64,000 nt of DNA, taken from NCBI RefSeq assembly GCF_020745735.1, contig NC_083413.1, forward strand, positions 14,446,001 through 14,510,000, written 5' to 3'. The DNA is from Hemiscyllium ocellatum (taxonomy: Eukaryota). A program made the position numbers and the translations under genes. Of the stretch, positions 63,595 through 64,000 are shown piece after piece. The number at the start of each line of letters is the position of its first letter. Positions within the stretch are counted from its first letter, which is position 1. Under the pieces are notes generated by a model. That model was not told where the DNA came from. It did no database searches and saw nothing but the letters and a program-made list of their open reading frames with translations.

Positions 63595-63920
63595 ATTTAT
63601 AAAATCACAAGGGGCATCGATAGGGTGAATAGCCGAGGTTTTTTCCCCAGTGAGTTCAAAAGTGGAGGGCATAGGTTTAAGGTAAGAGGTTTATAAGAGA
63701 CCTAAGGGGGCAACCCTTTCATGTGGAGGGTGCTGCCAGGGGAAGTGGTGGAGGCTGGTACAATTATAACATTTAAAAGGCATCTGGATGGGTATGTGAG
63801 TCGGAAGGATTCAGAGGGAAATGGACCAAATGCTGGCAAATGGGACTAGATTCATTTAGGATATCTGGTCGGCTTGGACGCATTGGACCGAAGGGTTTGT
63901 TTCTGTGCTATATGACTCTG
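63595..63920 (+). mobile_element. CR1-like LINE 3' fragment
   Basis: ORF2 tail and 3' UTR similar to the other copies. Confidence 0.7.
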
Positions 63921-64000
63921 TGAATGTTCAGTGGTGTCAATGACGAGAGACTGTCAAGTATTCAATTACTTGGAGTGGGATGGAATTGAACTGACAGGAG

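Noticed and set aside
1-64000. CRISPR arrays or prokaryotic-type systems
   Set aside because: This is eukaryotic repeat-rich DNA with no regularly spaced repeat-spacer array or operon-like ORFs.

Overview
This is vertebrate genomic DNA, most likely from a cartilaginous fish: it carries HE1-type V-SINEs with (CTAAT)n tails, CR1/HER1-like LINEs and Penelope-derived repeats typical of sharks. The window holds four intact single-coding-exon GPCR genes of the P2Y12/13/14-GPR87-GPR171 clade, all on the minus strand. They are a divergent orphan (180-1187), two P2RY14-like paralogues (25777-26748, 42819-43778) and a GPR87-like gene (62135-63148). In other vertebrates this cluster lies antisense inside a MED12L intron, but I saw no MED12L exon here. 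The rest is dense in retroelements: a degenerate class I endogenous retrovirus (14976-21051), solo LTRs, CR1 and Rex/Babar LINEs, HE1 SINEs, many Penelope-like (PLE) remnants with minimal hammerhead motifs, and four N-gaps. Four observations stand out. (1) A sense-oriented intact minimal hammerhead plus AATAAA, donated by a PLE, sits in the 3' UTR of one P2RY14-like gene. (2) The two P2RY14 paralogues show an apparent gene-conversion tract with replacement changes clustered in TM4-ECL3. (3) The ERV has both TSDs but only one LTR, an in-frame protease-integrase junction lacking RT/RNase H, and a preserved UAG read-through pseudoknot. (4) A near-perfect 500-bp PLE palindrome is present. All alignments and counts were done by eye, and repeat boundaries without TSDs are approximate.
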